A stretch of DNA of 32,582 bases, from NCBI GenBank assembly GCA_045802765.1, contig JBJMQJ010000501.1, positions 1 through 32,582 of the forward strand. The letters run 5' to 3'. Each line of letters starts with the position of its first letter. Position 1 is the stretch's first letter. The translations under genes were made by a program, and so were the position numbers. Source of the DNA: Myxococcales bacterium (lineage in GTDB: Bacteria > Myxococcota > Myxococcia > Myxococcales > 40CM-4-68-19). Below, piece after piece: positions 8,990-17,017 of this stretch. Under the pieces are notes generated by a model. That model saw only the letters and a list, made by a program, of their open reading frames with translations. It searched no databases and was not told where the DNA came from.

Positions 8990-9358
8990 TCATTGCCCCG
9001 GTCTAGTCTGCTTGCGAATCTTCTTGATGAAGGTCTTGGTGCATCGTCCGTGCGTGCTCTCGTGATTCACGATCTCCGATAGCAGCCGCGCTTTCGCGTC
9101 CGCGGCCAGGACCACGCTGGCGCTTACTTCGAGGGCGAGCTGCACACCTTCTGACGTCGCCGGGCCCTTTGGGCCCTTGGGAGTCGCGACCTCGGAGCGG
9201 TAATGCGACGGCTTCGTCTTCGTGACGTCGTGGAATCCGGACGACGTATCCGCTCGTCGACCAGAGCCATGGCAGCCGGGACAGGTTGCCGAGCTGTGGC
9301 CCAGGGCGTTGCCGATGCGCCCGTCCCCACCGCACAGACGGCAGGGCTCACCGTCCAT
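8990..9358 (-). CDS. Hypothetical protein with two DnaJ-type CxxCxGxG zinc motifs
   Basis: CRLCGGDG and CPGCHGSG; no J-domain or HPD motif; helical basic C-terminus. Confidence 0.7.
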   Translation of the reverse strand: MDGEPCRLCGGDGRIGNALGHSSATCPGCHGSGRRADTSSGFHDVTKTKPSHYRSEVATPKGPKGPATSEGVQLALEVSASVVLAADAKARLLSEIVNHESTHGRCTKTFIKKIRKQTRPGQ

Positions 9359-9448
9359 GGGATCCTCGATCGAACGTCACCTCTGCTTGGTCCGGTCGGT
9401 TCGCTCGCATCCCGGATCTCTACCACCGATCCGGTCTGGGATCCGGCT

Positions 9449-10321
9449 TCAAGGGCCTGCGAAGCTCGCCAGCCAGTCGAGGCTCGGGCTCAGTGCCCAG
9501 CTCGCGGTGCCGTTCAGCCACCCCGCATCGGAGGTGTTCTGGCTGGCCGTGCAGTCGGTGCCGCCATCACGCATGTAGCAATGGTCGGCGCTGCCGTCCT
9601 GCACCTGCGCGTTCTGCACGATCTGCCAGCCGCTGCCGTTCGCCTGCGTGCAGGCGTAGCTTCCGGCAGGACAGGTGGATCCGGTCAGCTGCTGGAGTTG
9701 CGACTGCACGCCCGACTGCGAGGGGCCCAGGAACATGTCGACCTCGCCGTCGACGGCGCGCAGGTGATCGCTCGTCAGTGACCGCGTGCCGTTTGCGACA
9801 CAGCTCGACAGATCGTAGATCGAATACTTCACGCCCGCGCCCATCCCGTAGACGGCGCGCACCCGCGCGTCCGTGTTCTTCGCGAGCATGGCCATGATGG
9901 ACCCCTGGCTGAAACCGGCCACCGCGATTCCCTTGTTGCACTCAGCCTTGGCGCGGGCGCAAAGCGCGCTGACCGCGCTTTTCGCCGAAGTCGGGTCGAA
10001 GACGCACTTCGCTTTCCCCGCGATCGCAGCGCAATTGCCGAATTGCGAGCTCGCGTACCCGAGCGTCGCGGCGACGAAGCCGCGGTCCGCCATGCCCTGC
10101 ACAGCGGCGGTGGCGGCCGCGTTGGTGTACGTCTCCGACGTCCCGACCAGATAGATGAAGACCGGGTAGGTGCCTGCCGCCGACGGCTCCTGCCCGCTGA
10201 TGTTGTACGTCGTGGCGCAGGTAGACCTCGTCGTGCTGGCTCCGGCATAGGTGCCGGTGAAGGCGATGGTGTTGGCGTTTGCCACGCCGGACACCAGCAA
10301 TGCAGCGAGCAGAAATCGCAC
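9449..10321 (-). CDS. Secreted Cys-rich alpha/beta hydrolase
   Basis: GGAGG SD before GTG; signal peptide ending ANA; nucleophile elbow AGFSQG; candidate Asp (DGEVD) and His (ADHCY); 10 Cys. Confidence 0.7.
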   Translation of the reverse strand: MRFLLAALLVSGVANANTIAFTGTYAGASTTRSTCATTYNISGQEPSAAGTYPVFIYLVGTSETYTNAAATAAVQGMADRGFVAATLGYASSQFGNCAAIAGKAKCVFDPTSAKSAVSALCARAKAECNKGIAVAGFSQGSIMAMLAKNTDARVRAVYGMGAGVKYSIYDLSSCVANGTRSLTSDHLRAVDGEVDMFLGPSQSGVQSQLQQLTGSTCPAGSYACTQANGSGWQIVQNAQVQDGSADHCYMRDGGTDCTASQNTSDAGWLNGTASWALSPSLDWLASFAGP

Positions 10322-10506
10322 GTGTCCTCCGAAGAAGGCCCGGATCAGGGGCGAGGGCCGAAACAACTACCACGGGCTTCCGCGGCCGCAATCCCGCAAT
10401 TCGGTGGCTGCGCGTACCGGGCGGCCCAGCGGCCGCCAGCTCGTTCGTTAGCGAGACACGCTGTTGCCTGTGGCGAACGGCCTGCGGACGATCCGCTCGC
10501 CTCGCT

Positions 10507-10959
10507 TCATTGGACCTGGATGTTTCCCTGCTCCACCGGGACCAGATCAAACTCTCCGGGCACGGTGCAGTCGGTCCCCGTACCGACGGCAAAGAAGTTC
10601 GCGAGGCTCATCAAATCCACCGATTCCTTGCCCTCACCGCCATCGACGACCTGGAAGATTCCCTCGAAGCCCTGCAAGGCCGGCTCCGTCGAGCGGGTGA
10701 CGACACCGCTAATCGTCGCCGTGTTGCCAATGACGTTCAGGCAATTCACGTCGATCTGCGCCGTCACTCCCGCGCTGACGTCGTGAACGGTGGCGGTTCC
10801 GGTGATGGCACCGTCGGAGTGCTGGACTGCGCTGAAGGTGATGAACTCGCGATTGTTTCCGAAGCGGATGTGACCCGAACCCTGCGCCGAGTGGAGCACC
10901 GTCACCTGGGCGAACGCGGCGGCTCCAACGACGGCGCACAAGAGCGCCAGACGCTTCAT
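10507..10959 (-). CDS. Secreted hypothetical beta-rich protein
   Basis: AGGAGG SD; signal peptide MKRLALLCAVVGAAAFA-Q; VNCL and VVDGGEG..D motifs; two Cys in the mature chain. Confidence 0.75.
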   Translation of the reverse strand: MKRLALLCAVVGAAAFAQVTVLHSAQGSGHIRFGNNREFITFSAVQHSDGAITGTATVHDVSAGVTAQIDVNCLNVIGNTATISGVVTRSTEPALQGFEGIFQVVDGGEGKESVDLMSLANFFAVGTGTDCTVPGEFDLVPVEQGNIQVQ

Positions 10960-11005
10960 TGGGTCCTCCTTCCGATCTCGCCGAACGTGCGGAGATCGGC
11001 GCGGC

Positions 11006-11034
11006 ACTGTGGGAGCGCCCGGATTCCCTGTCAA
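11006..11034 (-). promoter_or_regulatory. sigma70-type promoter of the 10507-10959 gene
   Basis: TTGACA-N17-CACAGT. The predicted start near 10999 coincides with the hairpin CCGATCTC/GAGATCGG (10972-10999). Confidence 0.6.
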
Positions 11035-11163
11035 GAGCGGCCGGTGCGAAACTCCAAGCATCAGCGTGTGGCGCCACAGTGGCGCCAGACGCCGCAACAG
11101 CGCTGCAATCCGTGCCGCAGCTGCGTTCCACAGCCATCGCTGGCTGTGGTGCTCAATCGTCGA

Positions 11164-11179
11164 TGGCAGGACGCTTGCA
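11164..11179 (+). promoter_or_regulatory. sigma54 (-24/-12) promoter
   Basis: TGGCAGGACGCTTGCA has exact GG-N10-GC spacing. The palindrome TGTGGCGCCACA (11067-11078) lies about 90 bp upstream as a candidate activator site. Confidence 0.65.
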
Positions 11180-11267
11180 CTGCGCGTTCCGCGAGCGCTC
11201 CCGTTCACTGCTGGCTTGGTCTCGATGTGCAGGCCACCCTTCCGCCAAGGCGAAAGAGGAGATTCAC

Positions 11268-12140
11268 ATGCAACCTGAAGCAGAATGGGCCGAAGGATCC
11301 ACCAGGCCCGCCTTGACCGTCGCGGCCGAGGCCATCCAGGAAGCCGCATCGAATGCGCCGTTCCAGGGAGCGGCGGTGCAACTGGTTCAAGAGCCGAGGA
11401 CGGGTGTCGACGAACCGGATCGGTCTGCCGTTCTCACCGAACTGGCCGAGAAGATTCGGGCCAAGCTCGGTTCGGAATTACCCGAGGTGGTGCAGATCGA
11501 GCTCGCAACCCTTCTCGGCCTCGTTCCCGAAGCGAATGGCAGCAACTCACTCTGCCTGTGCCAATTCGAAATCGCGATCGATGCCCTCCTCGCCGACACG
11601 CCGAAGCTCGAGCTGGCTCGTGGCCTGCGAATGAAATTCGAAGAGCACATGTGGGAAAAGAGGTTCGGTGGGCGTTTCCTCAATGCCCTTCCCACGACAC
11701 GTGTCGTATTCGGTCTGGTCATCACGTCGCTTCTTCTCGTTCCCGCTTTGATCTGGTCGACGTACATGCATTTCGCCGATGAGCACCCCGATAGGATGGA
11801 CGCAGATTTCCTGGTCCTCGTCTGCTGCTTCGGAGCGTTTGGAGCGGTTACCAGCATCATGGTGCGCCTGCGGAGCTTCGACTCGGTCCACGCACCGCCG
11901 CTGACGCTCTTCTTGACAGGCCTGTTCAAACCGTTGATTGGCGCGTTGTTCGCCGCCTTCGCGCTCGTCCTGGTCGAGGCGCGGCTCATCAATCTTCCCG
12001 AACCGACACTCGTGTATTTCGCAATGGCCCTGGCCTTCGTTGCCGGGTTCAGTGAGCGGTTCGGGCAGGACCTCACGGGCATCGTTGCAACGAGGATGCG
12101 ACCAGCGCGTTCAAAGCGCGACGTGGTGTCGCCGGCGTAG
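11268..12140 (+). CDS. Hypothetical multi-pass membrane protein
   Basis: GAGGAG SD before ATG 11268; about four hydrophobic helices with GAFGA, KPLIGA and AFVAGFSER motifs. Confidence 0.75.
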   Translation: MQPEAEWAEGSTRPALTVAAEAIQEAASNAPFQGAAVQLVQEPRTGVDEPDRSAVLTELAEKIRAKLGSELPEVVQIELATLLGLVPEANGSNSLCLCQFEIAIDALLADTPKLELARGLRMKFEEHMWEKRFGGRFLNALPTTRVVFGLVITSLLLVPALIWSTYMHFADEHPDRMDADFLVLVCCFGAFGAVTSIMVRLRSFDSVHAPPLTLFLTGLFKPLIGALFAAFALVLVEARLINLPEPTLVYFAMALAFVAGFSERFGQDLTGIVATRMRPARSKRDVVSPA

Positions 12141-12183
12141 CCGACGCCCCACTCCTCGCATCACTGCGCGTGGACTTGCAGGT

Positions 12184-12222
12184 TCATTCACGTGCGACGA
12201 TCGAAAGCACAATCCGTTTCAT
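12184..12222 (-). pseudogene. Possible N-terminal remnant (signal-peptide start) of a gene formerly downstream of the Vgb-like gene
   Basis: MKRIVLSIVARE* begins 10 nt after the Vgb-like stop. It has a typical n-region and start of h-region, then an abrupt stop. Confidence 0.4.
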
Positions 12223-12232
12223 GGCGGTCATC

Positions 12233-13459
12233 TCATTTGGATATCCTGACCAGTGTCACGCCATTGACCAGGCTGTTGGCCAGGACGAAGTTGCCGTCGC
12301 TCGTCACCGACGTGTTGCGCACGATGTTGCCGCCGCCGGGGATCGCCCAGCTCTGGAACTTCGTGCTTCTGGGATCGAAGCGTACGACGGTATTCGGCGT
12401 CGACCCCGACTCGCTGTACCAGATGACGTCCTTGATGGCCGAGATGCCGTAGGGCTCCGACTTGGGTCCGCTGGGAGATTGCCATTCGGTCACCTGGCCC
12501 GTCGAGGGATCGAGTCGCCCCAGATAACCGCGCGAAAAATCGGTATACCAGACGATGTCGTCGCTGGTGATCGCGATGCGCCGCGGGCGCGATGCCGGAT
12601 CGGGCAACGGGAACTCGCGAATTTCCAGCGTCCCCGGATCGACGCTCCCCACCCTGTTGGTGCCGAATTCGACGAAGAACACCGTGCCCTTCGAATTCGA
12701 CGCCATGCCATAGGGGCGCGACCTGGGCGAAGGCGGCGTGAGCAGCTTGATGTCGCCGGTCTTCGGGTCGAGCCGCCCTACCCGGTTGGCATTCTGGACG
12801 GTGAACCACAGGACGCCGCTGCGGTCGAAGATCAGCGTGTGCGGGTCTTGAGCGTTCGGATCCGGGAGGTTGTACTCGGTGACCGCGCCCGTCTTCGGGT
12901 CGAGCTTGCCGATCAACGCTCCGGTATTCCCGGTGTACCAGATGTTGCCGCGCTGGTCCTCGTCCAGACCGTGAGGTCCGGAGTGCGGCGTCTTGAGCGG
13001 ATATTCCCTGATCTTGCCGCTCTTCGGATCGATCCTGCCGAGCACGTTGGCCATCTGGCCCGTGTACCAGAGCGATCCGTCCCTGGCAGCCAGCGGATCG
13101 TGCGGCCGCGACCCCGGCGTGGGCACCTGCCATTCCTGCATCGACACCTTGGCCGGGCCCGGGACCACGACGCCCACCGGCTTGGGTTTTTCCGGAAAGT
13201 TCTTGATCAAGTACTCGGTGATCGTGCCTAGCTGTCCCGGCGGAATCGGCACGCCGTGGTTGAGCATCATCCGCATCACCGTATGCCAGCCGTCGGCCGT
13301 GTATCCGGCACCGACGCGGCTGGCAAACGTGTGGCAACCCGTACAAGTGGACGCGACCATTTCCTTGCCCTCTCCCTCGGGTAGCTCCTCGCCCCACGTC
13401 GGAAGCGCCGCACAGAGCAGGGCAGCCGCAATCAACGACAAAGCCAGGTTCTTGCGCAT
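12233..13459 (-). CDS. Secreted monoheme cytochrome c fused to a virginiamycin B lyase (Vgb)-like beta-propeller
   Basis: Signal peptide; LPEGEGK..CTGCH heme motif; repeated P(H/Y)xL..D..G.IW(Y/F)T...GRLDPKTG blades; GGGAG SD 6 nt before ATG 13459. Confidence 0.85.
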   Translation of the reverse strand: MRKNLALSLIAAALLCAALPTWGEELPEGEGKEMVASTCTGCHTFASRVGAGYTADGWHTVMRMMLNHGVPIPPGQLGTITEYLIKNFPEKPKPVGVVVPGPAKVSMQEWQVPTPGSRPHDPLAARDGSLWYTGQMANVLGRIDPKSGKIREYPLKTPHSGPHGLDEDQRGNIWYTGNTGALIGKLDPKTGAVTEYNLPDPNAQDPHTLIFDRSGVLWFTVQNANRVGRLDPKTGDIKLLTPPSPRSRPYGMASNSKGTVFFVEFGTNRVGSVDPGTLEIREFPLPDPASRPRRIAITSDDIVWYTDFSRGYLGRLDPSTGQVTEWQSPSGPKSEPYGISAIKDVIWYSESGSTPNTVVRFDPRSTKFQSWAIPGGGNIVRNTSVTSDGNFVLANSLVNGVTLVRISK

Positions 13460-13606
13460 CGTCATCTCCCAGAAAGACGCGGCGCGAGCGCATGCCAACG
13501 CGATCGGCTCCGGCGGATGGTAGTTCAGGGCGCTGACGAAAGTCGACTGCCCGAGCGCTTGACCACGGGCGGGGACACTGGACAGTCTGCCGTTGGAGGG
13601 CACGAA

Positions 13607-13849
13607 ATGGATGACCAAGAGATGAAGGCGGAACTGGAGCGTCTCAAGGCCGAGAACGAGAGCCTGAAGACGCGCGCGAGCCGGGCCATCTCGCTGAAGG
13701 TGAGCGAGAAGGGAGGCGTCTCGCTCTACGGTCTGGGTCGTTTTCCCGTCACGCTCTACAAGGAGCAGTGGGCGAAGCTTCTCGACATGGCGGACGAAAT
13801 TCGGGCGTTCCTGAAGGAAAACGATTCCAAGTTGAAGACCAAGCCATAG
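13607..13849 (+). CDS. Conserved small hypothetical protein
   Basis: GGAGG SD; coiled-coil N-terminus followed by LKVSEKGGVSLYGLGRFPVTLYKEQW; upstream TTGACC-N16-GACAGT. Confidence 0.8.
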   Translation: MDDQEMKAELERLKAENESLKTRASRAISLKVSEKGGVSLYGLGRFPVTLYKEQWAKLLDMADEIRAFLKENDSKLKTKP

Positions 13850-13948
13850 AGATCCGGGGACACCATACGCAATCCCGTGCCACCTACCCGCCGGCGCGGC
13901 ACGGCGCGTGCAGCTAATGGAGCTGGCCGAGCTGAGTGCGCAGTAGCG

Positions 13949-14764
13949 CTATCTCGCCGCGGCGGGATCGAGCGCAACGCGCTCCATCACGGGCTGCGCA
14001 AAGGCGAGCAGGCGGCGAGCGCCAAGCAGGTGCGACCATGCGTTCCCCACGCGACCGCCCTGGTTCGCAGTGGCCGCTAGATATCCGTCCACGAGCAGGC
14101 TGAAGAATCGATCGGGCCAGTTGGCGTGGGCTCCCGCGTCCGAGGTGTCGAACTCCTCCATCTCGCGCCAGACGCGTTCGCCGTTCTCGACGACTGGGAC
14201 CTTGAAGCGCGCGACGCGCTTGTCCCGGACGTCCGCGACGTGCTCCACGTAGTGCAGGAACGTCACCGTGTCGTGATCCGACCCCAGCAGGAGAATCTTG
14301 CCGTCGAGCCCGACGAATCGATCGAGGGCCGAGCCCCGCCCGAACGCGTAGTCCCAGGGCTGATGCGAGAACAGGTGCTCCGCCCGGCGTCCCCACGCGA
14401 CGAAGCGGGCGGCGTGGTGGTTCACGCGCGATCCCGGATAGGTGCGCAAGAACTCGACCAGCACGCCGTTCTCACGGCTGGCCCGGGCAGTCTCCGGATC
14501 GTAGGCGGGCAGCTTCTCGAGGATCTCCGCTTCCTCGCGTGCGGAGAGGTTCCCGCGGCCCACTTCGTCCACGTAGCGCGGGCAGCTCGCGTACATGAGC
14601 AACGTTCCCTCGTCGGTGACCGCATCCTTCAGCGCCAGATGGATCTCGTCCGGCCCTCCCGCGACTTCGCCGACGGCGCGGACTGACGCGTGAACCATGA
14701 CGACGTCGCCCGGCGACACGCCGAGCGCGCGCAGCTCGCCACGAAGCTGACGTCGGGAGTGCAT
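13949..14764 (-). CDS. AAC(3)/YokD family aminoglycoside N3-acetyltransferase-like protein
   Basis: LRALGVSPGDVVMVHAS, GTLLM, GKILLLGSDHDTVTFLHYVEH motifs. Confidence 0.88.
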   Translation of the reverse strand: MHSRRQLRGELRALGVSPGDVVMVHASVRAVGEVAGGPDEIHLALKDAVTDEGTLLMYASCPRYVDEVGRGNLSAREEAEILEKLPAYDPETARASRENGVLVEFLRTYPGSRVNHHAARFVAWGRRAEHLFSHQPWDYAFGRGSALDRFVGLDGKILLLGSDHDTVTFLHYVEHVADVRDKRVARFKVPVVENGERVWREMEEFDTSDAGAHANWPDRFFSLLVDGYLAATANQGGRVGNAWSHLLGARRLLAFAQPVMERVALDPAAAR

Positions 14765-14849
14765 GGGCGGCCTCCAGGCGGACACCAAGCCAGATTCGAC
14801 AGACGGAGGGGACTGCGAGCCAAACCTGTGCAGGGAGTAGTCTTGGAGC

Positions 14850-15374
14850 ATGCACGAAGACCCGGACAATCGGCGCGCGACCACCATCCGTCCCTGCGGG
14901 CCCGCGGACCTGCGGGCGCTCTTCTCGATCGTGAATGACGCAGCGCAGGCCTACCAAGGCATCATCCCGGCCGACTGCTGGCACGAGCCTTACATGCGGC
15001 TCGACGAGCTGGAGCAGGGCATCCGGGATGGAATCGTCTTCTGGGGCTACGAAGCGGGCGGTGAGCTCGTCGGCCTGATGGGCATTCAGGACCGCGGCGA
15101 AGTCAGCCTCATCCGGCACGCCTACGTGCGGACCGCGCATCGCCGCAAAGGCATCGGTGAGGAGCTGTTGAGGCGACTCGAAGGCATGACCGGCAAGGCG
15201 ATCTTGATCGGAACCTGGAGCGCGGCCAGCTGGGCGATACGCTTCTACGAGAAGAACGGCTACCGGATTCTCTCGCGTCCTGAAACGGAGCGGCTGCTGC
15301 GAAAATACTGGAGCATCCCCGAGCGGCAGATCGAGACGTCAGTGGTGCTGGCGAATGCCAGGTGGAAGTCATAG
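14850..15374 (+). CDS. GNAT family N-acetyltransferase
   Basis: Acetyl-CoA motif YVRTAHRRKGIGEELL and AIRFYEKNGY; TAGTCT-N6-ATG upstream. Confidence 0.9.
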   Translation: MHEDPDNRRATTIRPCGPADLRALFSIVNDAAQAYQGIIPADCWHEPYMRLDELEQGIRDGIVFWGYEAGGELVGLMGIQDRGEVSLIRHAYVRTAHRRKGIGEELLRRLEGMTGKAILIGTWSAASWAIRFYEKNGYRILSRPETERLLRKYWSIPERQIETSVVLANARWKS

Positions 15375-15415
15375 CTCCCGGCCATCCGTCGCGTCCGTTC
15401 CGCCGTGCGACTCCG

Positions 15416-16801
15416 CTACAGCGACTTCAGGTACTCGACCAGGTCGCTCTTCTGCGCCGCCGTGAGCCCGGTCTTGAGCGCGCTGTCGTAGTGCGCAACG
15501 ACCTCCTCGAGGGTGGCGAAACGGCCGTCATGATAGAAGCCGCCCTTCGCATGGGTGAACAGTCCCCGCAGCGGGGCGGTGCGATAGCGCTTGTCGGGCG
15601 CGCGGTTCGCCTGGAAATCGTCGATCCCGATCTCGCCCGCCGGATGCATGTTCCAGCCCGGCTCGGTGAAAAGCGGCGGCACGTGGCAGCTCGCGCATTT
15701 CGCCGGCCCGTTGAACACGCCCTTTCCGCGCCCTGCCGCGTCGGCGTTGAAGCTCCCCGACGGCGGCGTGGGGGCGACGAGCGCCAGCTGGTAGAAGTGG
15801 AGGGCCGCGAGCTTGGGCGTGATCAGGTCGGAGTCGCTGCGGACGTTTCCGAAGCCGGCCTTCGCCGCGACGGGGAACTGGGTCGCGTCGTTCAGCCGCG
15901 GGTCGAAGAACGTTCCCTTGCCGTGCATCTCGAGATTGGCGACGAAGGCGTTCCAATAGGTCACCGAGCCCCATCCCGTCCAGGTGTGCAGGTTCACGCC
16001 GGCGAGGCCGAAGGCGGGCGGGATGAGCGTCGCTGCGGACTTGCCGTCGGGCCGCAGCGCCTTCCCGTCGAGGAAGACCTCGGCGTCGAACTTCCCCGGC
16101 CCCCAGCTCGCGAGCACCTTGCGGACGGTCGCCTCGTCGACGCCGAGCAGCTTGGTCACCGCCGACAGGTCCGGCGAGAGATTGACGATCGCGCCGACGT
16201 TCAAGTCGCGGTTGGCCCAGCCGTCGCGCCGGCGCCCGATCCCGGGCGCCACGGAGTCGTCCACGGTCGAGTGGCAGAGCGCGCACTGGATACCGACGGC
16301 TCGCAGCCCTCCTTTGCCGTCGGAGAACCCGGTCACGCCCACCACGGCCTTCAGATCGAACAGCGTCAGGGTCACGGCGGGATCGTCGAGGTTCACGCTC
16401 CCGTTCTTGATCCCCGCGACGACGTTCCCGGGAAGCACGTCCGCGTCGACCTTGAGACCGACGGAGAGGGCGGTCTTCGGGCTCACGCCAGGGCCCACTC
16501 CGCCGTGCGCACTGCCGGCGATGGCTTGGTGGAGCTTGAGCGTATCTCCCCAGAACGCTTCGTCGCCGAAGGTCTCGAACCGGAAGGTCTGGCGACCCTC
16601 GTCGATGAAGTTGTCCGCCGCCTTCTTCGCATCGTCCTCGGGCGGCGGATTGGCGGGCGGCGCGGCCGGCGGGTTGGCCGGCGGATTGTTTGCGCCCGGG
16701 GCGGCGGAGGCCGACGGTGCGTTGCTCGAGCTGCTGCAGGCCGCGCCGAAGGCGCAGAGCGCGGCCGCAATGACCAGGTTGCCGCGGGCGACGGATACCA
16801 T
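15416..16801 (-). CDS. Di-heme c-type cytochrome lipoprotein (peroxidase-like C-terminal domain)
   Basis: Lipobox AFGAAC; Pro-rich linker (PPANPPAAPPANPPP); CALCH and CASCH; YRTAPLRGL and FYHDGRFATLEEVV motifs. Confidence 0.8.
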   Translation of the reverse strand: MVSVARGNLVIAAALCAFGAACSSSSNAPSASAAPGANNPPANPPAAPPANPPPEDDAKKAADNFIDEGRQTFRFETFGDEAFWGDTLKLHQAIAGSAHGGVGPGVSPKTALSVGLKVDADVLPGNVVAGIKNGSVNLDDPAVTLTLFDLKAVVGVTGFSDGKGGLRAVGIQCALCHSTVDDSVAPGIGRRRDGWANRDLNVGAIVNLSPDLSAVTKLLGVDEATVRKVLASWGPGKFDAEVFLDGKALRPDGKSAATLIPPAFGLAGVNLHTWTGWGSVTYWNAFVANLEMHGKGTFFDPRLNDATQFPVAAKAGFGNVRSDSDLITPKLAALHFYQLALVAPTPPSGSFNADAAGRGKGVFNGPAKCASCHVPPLFTEPGWNMHPAGEIGIDDFQANRAPDKRYRTAPLRGLFTHAKGGFYHDGRFATLEEVVAHYDSALKTGLTAAQKSDLVEYLKSL

Positions 16802-16855
16802 GTTCACTCCCAACGGAAAGTTGCGCAAATAAAGCGCAGTAAAACGCTAGGAAAA

Positions 16856-16871
16856 AGCGGCCGGCGTGCCA
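16856..16871 (-). promoter_or_regulatory. Possible sigma54 promoter of the di-heme cytochrome gene
   Basis: Minus strand TGGCACGCCGGCCGCT (GG-N10-GC). The inverted repeat TGCGC-N7-GCGCA at 16822-16838 lies in the AT-richer leader. Confidence 0.45.
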
Positions 16872-16971
16872 TCCGCTGAGGTTCGTACGTCTTTCGGATA
16901 ACCCCGCTGCTCGGGGCTCAGCCTTGCGACCGGAGCGCCGCCTGTCTTTCGTGGCCCGGAGTCCGTCTCTC

Positions 16972-16998
16972 CATCACGCCCGGGCTACGTCCGTCGTC
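16972..16998 (+). promoter_or_regulatory. ECF41-type promoter
   Basis: caTCACG-N16-CGTC resembles the ECF41 consensus TGTCACA-N16-CGTC and sits directly upstream of the sigma-factor fragment. Confidence 0.5.
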
Positions 16999-17017
16999 TG
17001 GTAGCCGAGGGAGAATC

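Noticed and set aside
10425-10455. CAGCTCGTTCGTTAGCG resembling the right end of an integron attC site
   Set aside because: No matching complementary left half upstream, no repetition at other spacers, mixed gene orientation and no integrase.
16640-16690. Short tandem repeats (GGCGGATT/GGCGGGTT units)
   Set aside because: They encode the Pro-rich linker of the cytochrome lipoprotein; not a CRISPR or DNA-level repeat element.
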